From the NCBI GenBank assembly GCA_031367385.1, contig JANLPS010000546.1, forward strand, positions 1-16,298: a DNA stretch of 16,298 bases. The letters run 5' to 3'. Of the stretch, positions 1-7,835 are shown in pieces. Position 1 is the stretch's first letter. Every line of letters begins with the position of its first letter. Source of the DNA: Archangium sp. (GTDB lineage: Bacteria > Myxococcota > Myxococcia > Myxococcales > Myxococcaceae). The notes beneath the pieces were generated by a model that made no database searches, was not told the DNA's origin, and worked only from the letters and a program-made list of their open reading frames with translations. The translations under genes were made by a program, and so were the position numbers.

Positions 1-1
1 G

Positions 2-859
2 CACGAGTTGGGCTCGGGGCGCGAAGGTCACCGACGGGGGTTCGAGGCCACCGTTTTCTTGACCGGGCAGCCCGTCACCGCCCCGGCCGCCGCGGCCCAT
101 CAGCGAGCCGCCAGCACCACCGGCGTAAACGCAGCCACCCCCACCGCCGCCGAGCAAGCTGGGGGCGCGCCCGAAGTGCGGCACAGATTCGGTCTCGAGG
201 CCCTCGCCCGACCTGCTGCCGAGGGGAAATGCGTCAGTGAGCCCATGGCATGGGGTGCCATCGGGGTTACCGACTTGGTACGGCATCGCGGGCCCGCCAC
301 GGTACCCGAAGCCATCGACCCGCACTTCGCCGTCGTTGATCAGCTCGGTCTGAGAGATCAGCGCCACGATGCCGCCGGTGAACCCGTCCCATGGAGCTCC
401 GACGATGGCGCCACCATCGGTCACGGTGAGCGCGGCGTACTCGGGCGTGACGACAACCTGGGTCACCACCGAGGGGAAGGCCCGGGTCAGCGGCGCGTCG
501 AGCTCGATTTGGTTGCCGGCGACCGACCTCGCGCGAGCCCACACGTAGTGCCCCGCGCTCGCGGTGCTCAGGTCGACGGCCGGAGTGGTGCGATCGACCG
601 GCGCGGCGGCGTCGTCTTTCATCTGAATGACGAGCAAGAGGTCGCCTGGCGCGACGACGTCTCCGATGACGGTGAGGGTGTTGGCGCCGAGGTCGGCCGG
701 CGCGTCGAGCCGGAGGTAGCGGTTGACCTGCGAGGGCACGGTGAGGGTGACGGCGCCGAGGTGACCGTCACCGAGCATGAGCTGCGCGTGTGCCGCGGTG
801 ACGAGCAAACTGCCGACCAACGCCGACCACCGGTGAATCACCCTGCCATTCTGCGACAT
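2..859 (-). CDS. Secreted glycine-rich protein with an AgmC-like (adventurous gliding motility protein C) N-terminal domain; partial, C-terminus outside the window
   Basis: Translated by hand; absent from the ORF track because its stop lies outside the window. The frame is stop-free from ATG 859 (alternative GTG 841) to the edge: MSQNGRVIHRWSALVGSLLVTAAHAQLMLGDGHLGAVTLT...GDLLLVIQM...TQVVVTPEYAALTV...APWDGFTGGIVAL...NDGEVRVDGFGYRGG...GEG...GGGGGGCVYAGGAGG. It has a signal peptide ending AHA-Q, and these motifs match my recollection of AgmC-type N-terminal domains. Confidence 0.8.
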   Translation of the reverse strand, partial: MSQNGRVIHRWSALVGSLLVTAAHAQLMLGDGHLGAVTLTVPSQVNRYLRLDAPADLGANTLTVIGDVVAPGDLLLVIQMKDDAAAPVDRTTPAVDLSTASAGHYVWARARSVAGNQIELDAPLTRAFPSVVTQVVVTPEYAALTVTDGGAIVGAPWDGFTGGIVALISQTELINDGEVRVDGFGYRGGPAMPYQVGNPDGTPCHGLTDAFPLGSRSGEGLETESVPHFGRAPSLLGGGGGGCVYAGGAGGSLMGRGGRGGDGLPGQENGGLEPPSVTFAPRAQLV

Positions 860-892
860 CGGCGACCGGAGTCCAATGTACGGCGCTGTCGG

Positions 893-1462
893 TCAGTGGC
901 AGCGTGACAGGCCGACGCGAACGCCGAGCTCTTGCGAAACGACCAGCGCTTCGCGGCGAAAGACCTCACGAAAGGTGGCGCTCGGAGCGTGAACCGACAG
1001 GGGGCGCTGGCAGATCATCGCACCCGCGGCGAGGTCGACCAGCACCATCGAGCCCACGAAAGCCCCGTCGCTCTCTGGAGTCGGCAGCCGCTTGGCGCCG
1101 GTGGGCGCGGCGAAGAGCACCAGGTATTTCGCTGCCGAGAGGGCCTCGTTGGCTTTGCGATCACCCGTCGTGCGAACCGCGTCGGTGTTCTCGTCGATCA
1201 AGAAATGCCAATCAGCCGAGAGGCCCTGCAAGTCATCGAGCTCGATGCTGGGCACCAGATCGTGCGACTGCACCGGCGGGCACACCTCGGGAGGCACCGG
1301 CCCCGCAGCGATGATTGACGACAGCCCCGTCAAGCGCGACTCGGCGCTGGTGCCCGAGGTCGGGGCGGGCCTCGAAGGTGTGAGCACGGTAAGCGCCAGC
1401 GTGACTCCGGCGGCGAGCGAGACTGCTCCGACGCCGACCCAGTGCTGCCAGGTGAGTCGCAT
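893..1462 (-). CDS. Hypothetical membrane-anchored protein (189 aa)
   Basis: ATG lies 3 nt after the alaS stop. N-terminal hydrophobic segment WVGVGAVSLAAGVTLALTVLT, then a Pro/Ser/Thr linker and a globular domain with Cys residues. No family recognised. Confidence 0.75.
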   Translation of the reverse strand: MRLTWQHWVGVGAVSLAAGVTLALTVLTPSRPAPTSGTSAESRLTGLSSIIAAGPVPPEVCPPVQSHDLVPSIELDDLQGLSADWHFLIDENTDAVRTTGDRKANEALSAAKYLVLFAAPTGAKRLPTPESDGAFVGSMVLVDLAAGAMICQRPLSVHAPSATFREVFRREALVVSQELGVRVGLSRCH

Positions 1463-1465
1463 CGC

Positions 1466-4132
1466 TTAGCGGCTGCGAACGAGCTCGAACAGCTTCTCGA
1501 ACGCCTGGGGAATCTTCGACGGGTCGGTGCCGCCGCCTTGCGCGCTCTCGGGCTTGCCGCCGCCTTTACCGCCGACTTCGGTGGCCATCAGCCGCATCGC
1601 GTCGCCCGACTTGAAGCCCTTTTGAATCACGTCATCGCTGGCAGTGACGAGAATCACGGCCTTGCCGTCAGAGGTCTTGCCGCCCAGGCCGATGATGCCC
1701 GACTTGAATTGCTCTCTGAACTTGTCGGAGAGCTGCTTGAGCAAATTGGCGTCGGCCTCGTCGATGAGCCGCGTGAGCACCTTGATGCCGTTGATGTCTT
1801 GAATGGTCTCACCCGCACCACCCCCGGCCGCGCCGCCGCCGCTTTGCGCTTTGACCTGGAGCACTTCGATTTTCTTCTCGAGCTCCTTCACCAATTTCTG
1901 GGTGCTCTCGATGCGCTTGCTCAGATCAGCCGGAGTCGCTTTGAACAAGTCGCTCGCCGCGCGCAGCTGTCGCTCATGTTGCCGGGTGGCCTGAACGGCC
2001 GCGTGGCCGGTGAGGGCCACGATGCGGCGCACGCCCGAGGCGATTGACGACTCCTGGGTCACCTTGAAGAACCCGATGTCACCCGAGCGTTTCACGTGGG
2101 TGCCTCCGCACAGCTCGGTCGACTCGGGGTGCACGGTCACGACGCGAACCGAGTCGCCATACTTCTCGCCGAACAGCGCGACGGCGCCGGCGGCCTTGGC
2201 CTCGACCAGGCTCATCACCTTGGTCTGCGAATCGGCGTTCTCGCGAACCCAGCCGTTGACGAGATCTTCGATGGTGTCGATTTGCTCGGGGGTGACCGGG
2301 CTGAAGTGCGAAAAATCAAAGCGGAGCAGGTCAGGGCCGACGACCGACCCCTTCTGGTTCACATGATTGCCCAGCACGACCTTGAGCGCTTTGTGCAGCA
2401 AGTGGGTCGCGGAGTGGTTCGCGCGGGTGCGGTTGCGGCGCTCGACATCGACGCTCGACTCGACCGAGTCACCGACCGAGATGGTGCCCTCGAGCACCTT
2501 GACCGCGTGAACGTGCAGGCCACCAGCCGGCTTTTGCACGTCTTTGACCTCGAGCTTGGTGCTCTTGTTGCTGAGCAACCCGGAGTCGCCGACCTGGCCG
2601 CCTGATTCACCGTAGAACGGAGACGAATCGAGAATCACCTCGACCGATTCGCCTTGCGTGGCCTTCTGCACCTGGGCGCCGTCTTTGATCAGCGCGAGCA
2701 CCTTGCCGGTGCCGGTGGTCGCCTCGTAGCCGGTGAACGCGGTCTCGGGCAGCTGCAGGGCGAGCGTCTTGTAGATCTCTCCGATGCCCTTACCTGAGCC
2801 GAGCGGGCCTTCGCCAATCGACTCTTCGAGCAGCTGATCAAACCCGGCCTTGTCGATTTCGTAGCCGTTCTCGTGGGCGATGACCTGCGTCAAATCCCAG
2901 GGGAAACCATAGGTCTGATGCAGATCCCACACGGTGGCGCCGGGCACGAGCTTCTCTTTTTTCGCGGCGAGCACGCCGAGCTGCTGCTGCAGAATCGCGC
3001 GGCCTTTCTTCAAGGTACGGCGAAAGGCGATCTCTTCGTGGCGGGTGACCTCGAGCAAGAAATCGCGCTTCTCGCGCAGCTGCGGGTACGCCTGCGCCAT
3101 CGCGGCGACGACTGAATCGACGGCCTCGTGAAAGAACGGCTCGTTCAGGCCGAGGTTCTCTTCACCGTGGCGAATCGCGCGGCGCATGATTCGGCGCAGC
3201 ACGTAGCCGCGGCCTTCGTTGCTGGGTTGAACGCCGTCGGTCACAAGAAACGCGGTGGCGCGCGCGTGATCGGCGATGACGCGCATCGCGACGTCGGGGA
3301 GCTGATCAGTCGCTCCGTATTTCTTGCCTGAGAGCTCGGCGGCCTTCGCCAGCAGGGGCGCGAAGAGGTCGATGTCGTAGTTCGATTTCTTGCCTTGAAC
3401 GACCGAGGCGACGCGCTCGAGGCCGGCGCCGGTGTCGATGCTCGGCTTGGGCAGCGGCGTCAGCGGGCCGTCTTTGACCTTGCGCTCGAACTGCATGAAC
3501 ACGAGGTTCCAAATCTCGAGCCAGTTGTCAGATTCGCCTGCGTGCTCGCCGGGTTTGACCGGGCCGTCGGGCATGTAGAAATAAATCTCAGAGCAGGGGC
3601 CGCACGCACCGGTGTCGCCCATCGCCCAGAAGTTGTCTTTGAGGCCGAGTCGCCGAATGCGCTCTTTGGGCACGCCGGTTTTCTCCCACAGCGCGAACGC
3701 TTCATCGTCAGCGGGGATGCCGTCTTCGCCCTTGAAGACCGTGACCGAGAGCTTGTCGACTGGCAGGTTCAAGACCTTGGTGACGAACTCCCACGCCCAG
3801 TCGATGGCCTCGGCCTTGAAGTAGTCGCCGAACGAGAAGTTGCCGAGCATCTCGAAGAAGGTGTGGTGGCGCGCGGTGAAGCCGACGTTGTCGAGGTCGT
3901 TGTGCTTGCCGCCGGCGCGAACGCACTTTTGAGTGCTGGTGGCGCGCTTGTAGTCACGCACTTCGCGGCCGGTGAAGACGTCTTTGAATTGCACCATACC
4001 GGCGTTGACGAAGAGCAAGGTCGGGTCGTTCGACGGCACGAGCGACGATGAGACGACGCGGCGGTGCTGCTTGGCCTCGAAAAAGGCCAGAAACGCTTCA
4101 CGAATTTGCGCGGCGGTGAGTGACGAAGCCAT
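1466..4132 (-). CDS. alaS: Alanine--tRNA ligase (888 aa)
   Basis: Motifs DPTLLFVNAGMVQFK, HHTFFEMLGNFSFGDYFK, WNLVFMQF and IDTGAGLER; editing-site NHSATHLLH and ELCGGTHV; C-terminal GGKGGGK...AQGGG. Start set at ATG 4132 (MASSLTAAQIR), which fits the normal AlaRS N-terminus better than GTG 4186. Confidence 0.98.
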   Translation of the reverse strand: MASSLTAAQIREAFLAFFEAKQHRRVVSSSLVPSNDPTLLFVNAGMVQFKDVFTGREVRDYKRATSTQKCVRAGGKHNDLDNVGFTARHHTFFEMLGNFSFGDYFKAEAIDWAWEFVTKVLNLPVDKLSVTVFKGEDGIPADDEAFALWEKTGVPKERIRRLGLKDNFWAMGDTGACGPCSEIYFYMPDGPVKPGEHAGESDNWLEIWNLVFMQFERKVKDGPLTPLPKPSIDTGAGLERVASVVQGKKSNYDIDLFAPLLAKAAELSGKKYGATDQLPDVAMRVIADHARATAFLVTDGVQPSNEGRGYVLRRIMRRAIRHGEENLGLNEPFFHEAVDSVVAAMAQAYPQLREKRDFLLEVTRHEEIAFRRTLKKGRAILQQQLGVLAAKKEKLVPGATVWDLHQTYGFPWDLTQVIAHENGYEIDKAGFDQLLEESIGEGPLGSGKGIGEIYKTLALQLPETAFTGYEATTGTGKVLALIKDGAQVQKATQGESVEVILDSSPFYGESGGQVGDSGLLSNKSTKLEVKDVQKPAGGLHVHAVKVLEGTISVGDSVESSVDVERRNRTRANHSATHLLHKALKVVLGNHVNQKGSVVGPDLLRFDFSHFSPVTPEQIDTIEDLVNGWVRENADSQTKVMSLVEAKAAGAVALFGEKYGDSVRVVTVHPESTELCGGTHVKRSGDIGFFKVTQESSIASGVRRIVALTGHAAVQATRQHERQLRAASDLFKATPADLSKRIESTQKLVKELEKKIEVLQVKAQSGGGAAGGGAGETIQDINGIKVLTRLIDEADANLLKQLSDKFREQFKSGIIGLGGKTSDGKAVILVTASDDVIQKGFKSGDAMRLMATEVGGKGGGKPESAQGGGTDPSKIPQAFEKLFELVRSR

Positions 4133-4210
4133 GGGGCGTGAATGCCACAGGGGCGCTCCGAAGTGAATCCTGACGAGGGGGAGCACGCGCGACCCAATCG
4201 GGTGGCGGCT

Positions 4211-5836
4211 TCAGGGGCCCGCGTCGGCAGGTGCGGACGAGGCGTAGGCCTGAAGTGACAACCCCGCGTCGCCGGGCCCTTCGGTGCTCTCGTAGTCGAG
4301 CGCGATACGGGTCGTGAAGGTCTGGTCTCCCTCGGTGGGCGTGAAGTTGGCGGTCATCAGACACGATTGGCCAGGCGCGAGGCTCGTCGCGCAGGCGTCG
4401 TAGGTCACGCCGTTGATGGTCGTTTGACCGCTCCACCCGGGAAAGGCGAGGTTCGATGGCGATGGACCCCACGAGAATGGTGCGGCCAACGCGAGCACCG
4501 AGGTGATGCCAGTGACGGGAGCGCCGCCGCGGTTCAACGCGACGACGTTCATGACGGTGGAGTTGCCGACGACGGCCCAAATGAACGGGTTGCCCAGCTT
4601 GGTGAGCTTCAAGAAGCCAACCCGGGTCGCGGTGCCCGAGAGGGTCGTGGTCACACGACTGGAGTAGGCCCCACTCAGGCCCAGCGAGAGCTCGGCGCCT
4701 CCATCGGTTTGACCCGAAAACATGACCGACAGCACGCACCCACTTCTGGCAGGCAGGCTCGTCGAGCAGGCGGTCGCGCCGAACATCACTGGGTTCGAAA
4801 GCCCGGGAAAGACGCCCGAGGTCCACGCGAAGGGAGCCATCAGGGGTGAGACCTCGGTGATCGTGGCGGGTGCGGAGCCGTTGTTGAACACACCGACCCA
4901 CTGCGAAATCGGCGTACCGGCGGTGCCAAAATCGATGGGCCGTTGCAGCTGAATGGCCGCGAGTGGGTGCACGTTTTCGCACTTCGAGCCGATGAGCGCT
5001 GCTTCGCGCAGGGCCCGGGCGACCTCGGTGTCGAGGCCGAAGGGCACTTCGCTCTCAGGTGGCACCGCGTGGCCGGTCAACGCGACGTAGAAGGTGCACG
5101 CAGAGAGGTAGGCGCCGGCGAGCGTGGGGTGGCTGGCGTCTTCTTGAAGCAAGGTGATGCCGGGGTGCTCTTCAGCGACGTGACGAAAGGCCTCACCGAC
5201 GCACGCCAGCTTGCTGCCGGGCAACGCCCTTGCGACTTCGGCGTACGCGAAGGTGAGCTCGTCTTGAAAGTGGGTGGGGCTTTCGAAGGTCCACGGGTAG
5301 TAGCCAGACGCCTGGCCCGCGGCCCAGGTGACGTAAAATATCGGGTGTGCGCCGGCGTCGAGCGCGAGGCCGCCGAAGCGATGCGCGTAGTCGGCGAAGC
5401 TCGGGTTGCCGGGCGGTTCGCCGCTTTGGCCTTGAAAGATGATGTGCGTCCATCCTCGTTCTGCGATGCGTGCGCGGGCATCTGAGTTGACCCAGTGGTA
5501 GCTGAGCGTGGCGCCGGCGGCGGTGACTTCGTCGACCGCGATGATGGGGGGCGTCGTAGCGGTGGCCGCGATTCGAGCCAGGAGCCCCGGCACGTCGAAC
5601 ACGTAGGTGTAGCTGTTGCCGATGAAGAGGACGCGCAAGGGGCCGGCATCGGCGGCTTCCTCGAGCCCTCCGGCGTCGACCGCTCGCATTTCGCCCGCGT
5701 CTGCCTGTTCGTGCGTGTCTCCTGCGTCGGGCGCAGACCCCGCGTCGGGCGTCGAGACCGGGCGGGCGCAATTCGTGAACGTCAGGGCGATGAGGGCCAT
5801 GAGTACGCGAATTCGAGGGTGACGTTCATGGCGCAC
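4211..5836 (-). CDS. Putative lipoprotein: SGNH/GDSL-like hydrolase (DUF4886-like) plus two C-terminal Ig-like (choice-of-anchor D/ASH-like) repeats
   Basis: Basic and hydrophobic leader ending LTFTN-C, then a DAG-repeat linker. Block I LRVLFIGNSYT, WTHIIFQGQS and the DxxH motif DASHPTLAGAYL are present. Two repeats share N-x-G-x-APxT...APFxW...FPG...C-x-TSL...C...F. Start is uncertain (GTG 5836 or ATG 5800). Confidence 0.8.
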   Translation of the reverse strand: MRHERHPRIRVLMALIALTFTNCARPVSTPDAGSAPDAGDTHEQADAGEMRAVDAGGLEEAADAGPLRVLFIGNSYTYVFDVPGLLARIAATATTPPIIAVDEVTAAGATLSYHWVNSDARARIAERGWTHIIFQGQSGEPPGNPSFADYAHRFGGLALDAGAHPIFYVTWAAGQASGYYPWTFESPTHFQDELTFAYAEVARALPGSKLACVGEAFRHVAEEHPGITLLQEDASHPTLAGAYLSACTFYVALTGHAVPPESEVPFGLDTEVARALREAALIGSKCENVHPLAAIQLQRPIDFGTAGTPISQWVGVFNNGSAPATITEVSPLMAPFAWTSGVFPGLSNPVMFGATACSTSLPARSGCVLSVMFSGQTDGGAELSLGLSGAYSSRVTTTLSGTATRVGFLKLTKLGNPFIWAVVGNSTVMNVVALNRGGAPVTGITSVLALAAPFSWGPSPSNLAFPGWSGQTTINGVTYDACATSLAPGQSCLMTANFTPTEGDQTFTTRIALDYESTEGPGDAGLSLQAYASSAPADAGP

Positions 5837-5877
5837 GGGCCTGGGTGCGTAGCCGACGCTGCGCGCGCGAACAAGGC

Positions 5878-6267
5878 TCAGTCTTCGAGGTCTCTGCTCG
5901 AGAGATCAGCGTTGTCGCCGGTGCCTCCGGGGAGCTGGTCGGCGCCCAGAGAGGTGACCACCGGCTCGCCGGCTTCGAGCGCGTACCCGAGCGCGCCGCC
6001 CCACGGGTCTTTCGGGAGCTTCTTGAGCACCTTGGCCTCGACCATCGCGGCGAAGCCCTCGTCGGTGCTTGGGTAGCGGTTGCGGCGGGCCTTGAACATT
6101 TCGACCGAGATGAGGGCGGTGCGCAGGTCTTGCTGGGCGACATCGTGCTTCGCGCCGACCAAGACGCCGACCGCGTAGACCCCGACGGCGGCCATCAGCA
6201 GTGACAGAATCGTGATGACGACGACCATTTCAATGAGCGTGAGGCCGCGGGGTTTTCGAGAGCGCAT
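5878..6267 (-). CDS. gspG: Type II secretion major pseudopilin GspG-like protein (129 aa)
   Basis: Prepilin cleavage/N-methylation motif RG|LTLIEMVVVITILSLL with Glu at +5. T2SSG-like motifs RYPSTDEGF, KLPKDPWG and SLGADQLPGGTGDNADL. SD-like GGGAG lies just upstream of ATG 6267. Confidence 0.85.
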   Translation of the reverse strand: MRSRKPRGLTLIEMVVVITILSLLMAAVGVYAVGVLVGAKHDVAQQDLRTALISVEMFKARRNRYPSTDEGFAAMVEAKVLKKLPKDPWGGALGYALEAGEPVVTSLGADQLPGGTGDNADLSSRDLED

Positions 6268-6279
6268 GGCTCCCTTCGG

Positions 6280-6295
6280 TGCGAGCGCCGTGCCG
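6280..6295 (-). promoter_or_regulatory. Possible sigma-54 (-24/-12) promoter upstream of the gspG-like gene
   Basis: The minus strand reads CGGCACGGCGCTCGCA, an exact GG-N10-GC spacing close to the consensus TGGCACG-N4-TTGCA. The predicted transcription start falls very near the ATG, which is awkward given the SD-like sequence. Confidence 0.3.
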
Positions 6296-6388
6296 CGGGT
6301 CGCCACAGGAGAGCGGGGTGCGTTCGCGCGTCAAAGTGTCATCTCTCGAAGACGAGGCAGTGCCAATTTTGGTATTTCGCAAAGCCAC

Positions 6389-7357
6389 ATGGCGCCAAGC
6401 ACGGAGTGGAGAGAGCAAATCGCGGCCGACGAAGACGCTCGGTACGGGCGATACGCCGAACAGTTCGCGGCGTTGCAGGCGAGAAACTCGGCGAAGGCGG
6501 GTGACGGGAGGGCGCTTCACCGCAAGCAATTGCTGGCGCTAAACGCGAGCTTCGACGTGCTGCCTGACTTGCCGGCGTACGCGAAGCGGGGCCTGTGTGC
6601 GACCCCTGGCACGCATCGCGCAGTCGTGCGGTTGTCGAACGGTGGAGCGGTGGCGAGAGCCGATCTTCGCCCCGATATTCGCGGCTTCGCGCTGAAGATC
6701 TACGACGTCTCAGGCCCAGCGGCGATGGGAGGCGAAGCGACCTCGCAGGATTTCTTGATGATCAATCACGAGATTTTTTCGTTCTCGACGAGTGACGAGT
6801 TCGTGGGGCTCGCGTTGGCGGCCTCGACGGGTGGGGGCGCATTGGTGAAGTATCTTTTCAAGCGCTACGGGCTCTTCGGCACGTTCAAGACGATGCGCAA
6901 GTTGGGCAAGACCATCAATGCGCCCTTCTCTGGGTTTGCGACGGAGCGCGTATCGACGGCCGCTCCGCTGGCGTGGGGGCCGTACGCGGTGAAGGTACGA
7001 ATGGTGCCGCGCGGGACGAATGCGGTGAATGCAGACGCGAAGAATGATTGGGCCGCCGACATCAAGACCCGCCTCGCGAAGGAAGCGTTGTCGTGGGAGT
7101 TTCAGGTGCAGTTCTTCGAGAGCGAGGCGACGACTCCGATTGAGAACCCCTCAGTCGCGTGGCCTTCGCCGTGGGTCACGGTGGGGCGGTTGACGCTGCC
7201 CGTTCAGCGCTTCGACGACGCGGCGTTCGACGCGAAGATCGAGAAGGCCAAATTCGACCCGTGGAATGCGCTGATGGCGCACCGGCCCCTCGGCGATGTG
7301 ATGCGCGCGAGAAAAGCGAGCTACTTCGCGAGCCAGAAGGCGCGTCACGCGGAGTGA
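6389..7357 (+). CDS. Small catalase-like heme protein (322 aa)
   Basis: Catalase-fold motifs occur in order: RALHRK (distal His), VVRLSNG, DIRGFALKI, QDFLMIN and HRPLGDVMRARKASYFASQKAR (proximal Tyr, R-x3-Y). Start moved to ATG 6389 because the 6212 extension overlaps gspG on the opposite strand. Confidence 0.88.
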   Translation: MAPSTEWREQIAADEDARYGRYAEQFAALQARNSAKAGDGRALHRKQLLALNASFDVLPDLPAYAKRGLCATPGTHRAVVRLSNGGAVARADLRPDIRGFALKIYDVSGPAAMGGEATSQDFLMINHEIFSFSTSDEFVGLALAASTGGGALVKYLFKRYGLFGTFKTMRKLGKTINAPFSGFATERVSTAAPLAWGPYAVKVRMVPRGTNAVNADAKNDWAADIKTRLAKEALSWEFQVQFFESEATTPIENPSVAWPSPWVTVGRLTLPVQRFDDAAFDAKIEKAKFDPWNALMAHRPLGDVMRARKASYFASQKARHAE

Positions 7358-7821
7358 GGAAGCTCCTGGTTGCAGCCGCGGCTTTGGCAGCAGTGCTCTG
7401 TGGAGGTTGGTTCATTCGCAAGGAGTTGGCGATGCGAGCCGAGCTGACCGTTACGTCACGCTGGGCAACGATTGCCGATGCCCTCGATGGAGGCATGTTC
7501 GCCCGGGGTTGGCTGCCACGTCAGCTACCTCGCGATGCAACGAACCTCGTTGAGCGTCACGACCTCGATACCAACTACATCTTCGGCGTGTTCAGCAGCG
7601 ACCCAAGCCAGAGTTTGGCTCCCGGGCGTTTGCCAGCAGAGTTCGGCCAGTTGGCCAAGTCTGCGGCTGAGGAGCTCGGCGATTCGAGAATTGAAGAGCT
7701 CCGGACCGGGTCAGACTTCGCTGTCGTCTGCGAAACAAAGTCTGGCCACGAGTCATTTGCGATCGTTATCGATCGGCGTTCAGGCAACGGTTTGTTCTGG
7801 AATTGGGCTCATTGCGACTGA
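7354..7821 (+). CDS. Hypothetical membrane-anchored/exported protein (155 aa), possibly YbbD-like
   Basis: GTG start overlaps the upstream TGA (GTGA at 7354-7357). Leader MRKLLVAAAALAAVLCGGWF and motif RGWLPxxLPxxATNLVERHDLDTN. GC is lower than in neighbouring genes. The YbbD resemblance is from memory only. Confidence 0.7.
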   Translation: MRKLLVAAAALAAVLCGGWFIRKELAMRAELTVTSRWATIADALDGGMFARGWLPRQLPRDATNLVERHDLDTNYIFGVFSSDPSQSLAPGRLPAEFGQLAKSAAEELGDSRIEELRTGSDFAVVCETKSGHESFAIVIDRRSGNGLFWNWAHCD

Positions 7822-7835
7822 CCCAAGGTGACGGC

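Noticed and set aside
8..907. 299-aa + strand ORF
   Set aside because: It is the codon-aligned antisense shadow of the AgmC-like gene and has no protein-like motifs.
4133..4210. Possible T-box or attenuator upstream of alaS
   Set aside because: Only 78 nt, with no T-box motif and no terminator hairpin with a U-tract.
1442..4982. Numerous overlapping ORFs across alaS and the SGNH gene (e.g. 1442-2047, 3395-4051, 4098-4982)
   Set aside because: Antisense or off-frame ORFs expected in GC-rich DNA, with Arg-rich composition and full overlap with well-supported genes.
6212..6388. 59-aa N-terminal extension of the catalase-like ORF
   Set aside because: It overlaps gspG antisense and the divergent promoter region; ATG 6389 is the more plausible start.
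7344..7359. GTCACGCGGAGTGAGG as a degenerate inverted partner of the REP-like element, which would bracket the lower-GC ORF
   Set aside because: Only 11 of 16 positions match, it lies in coding sequence, and the rest of the unit is missing.
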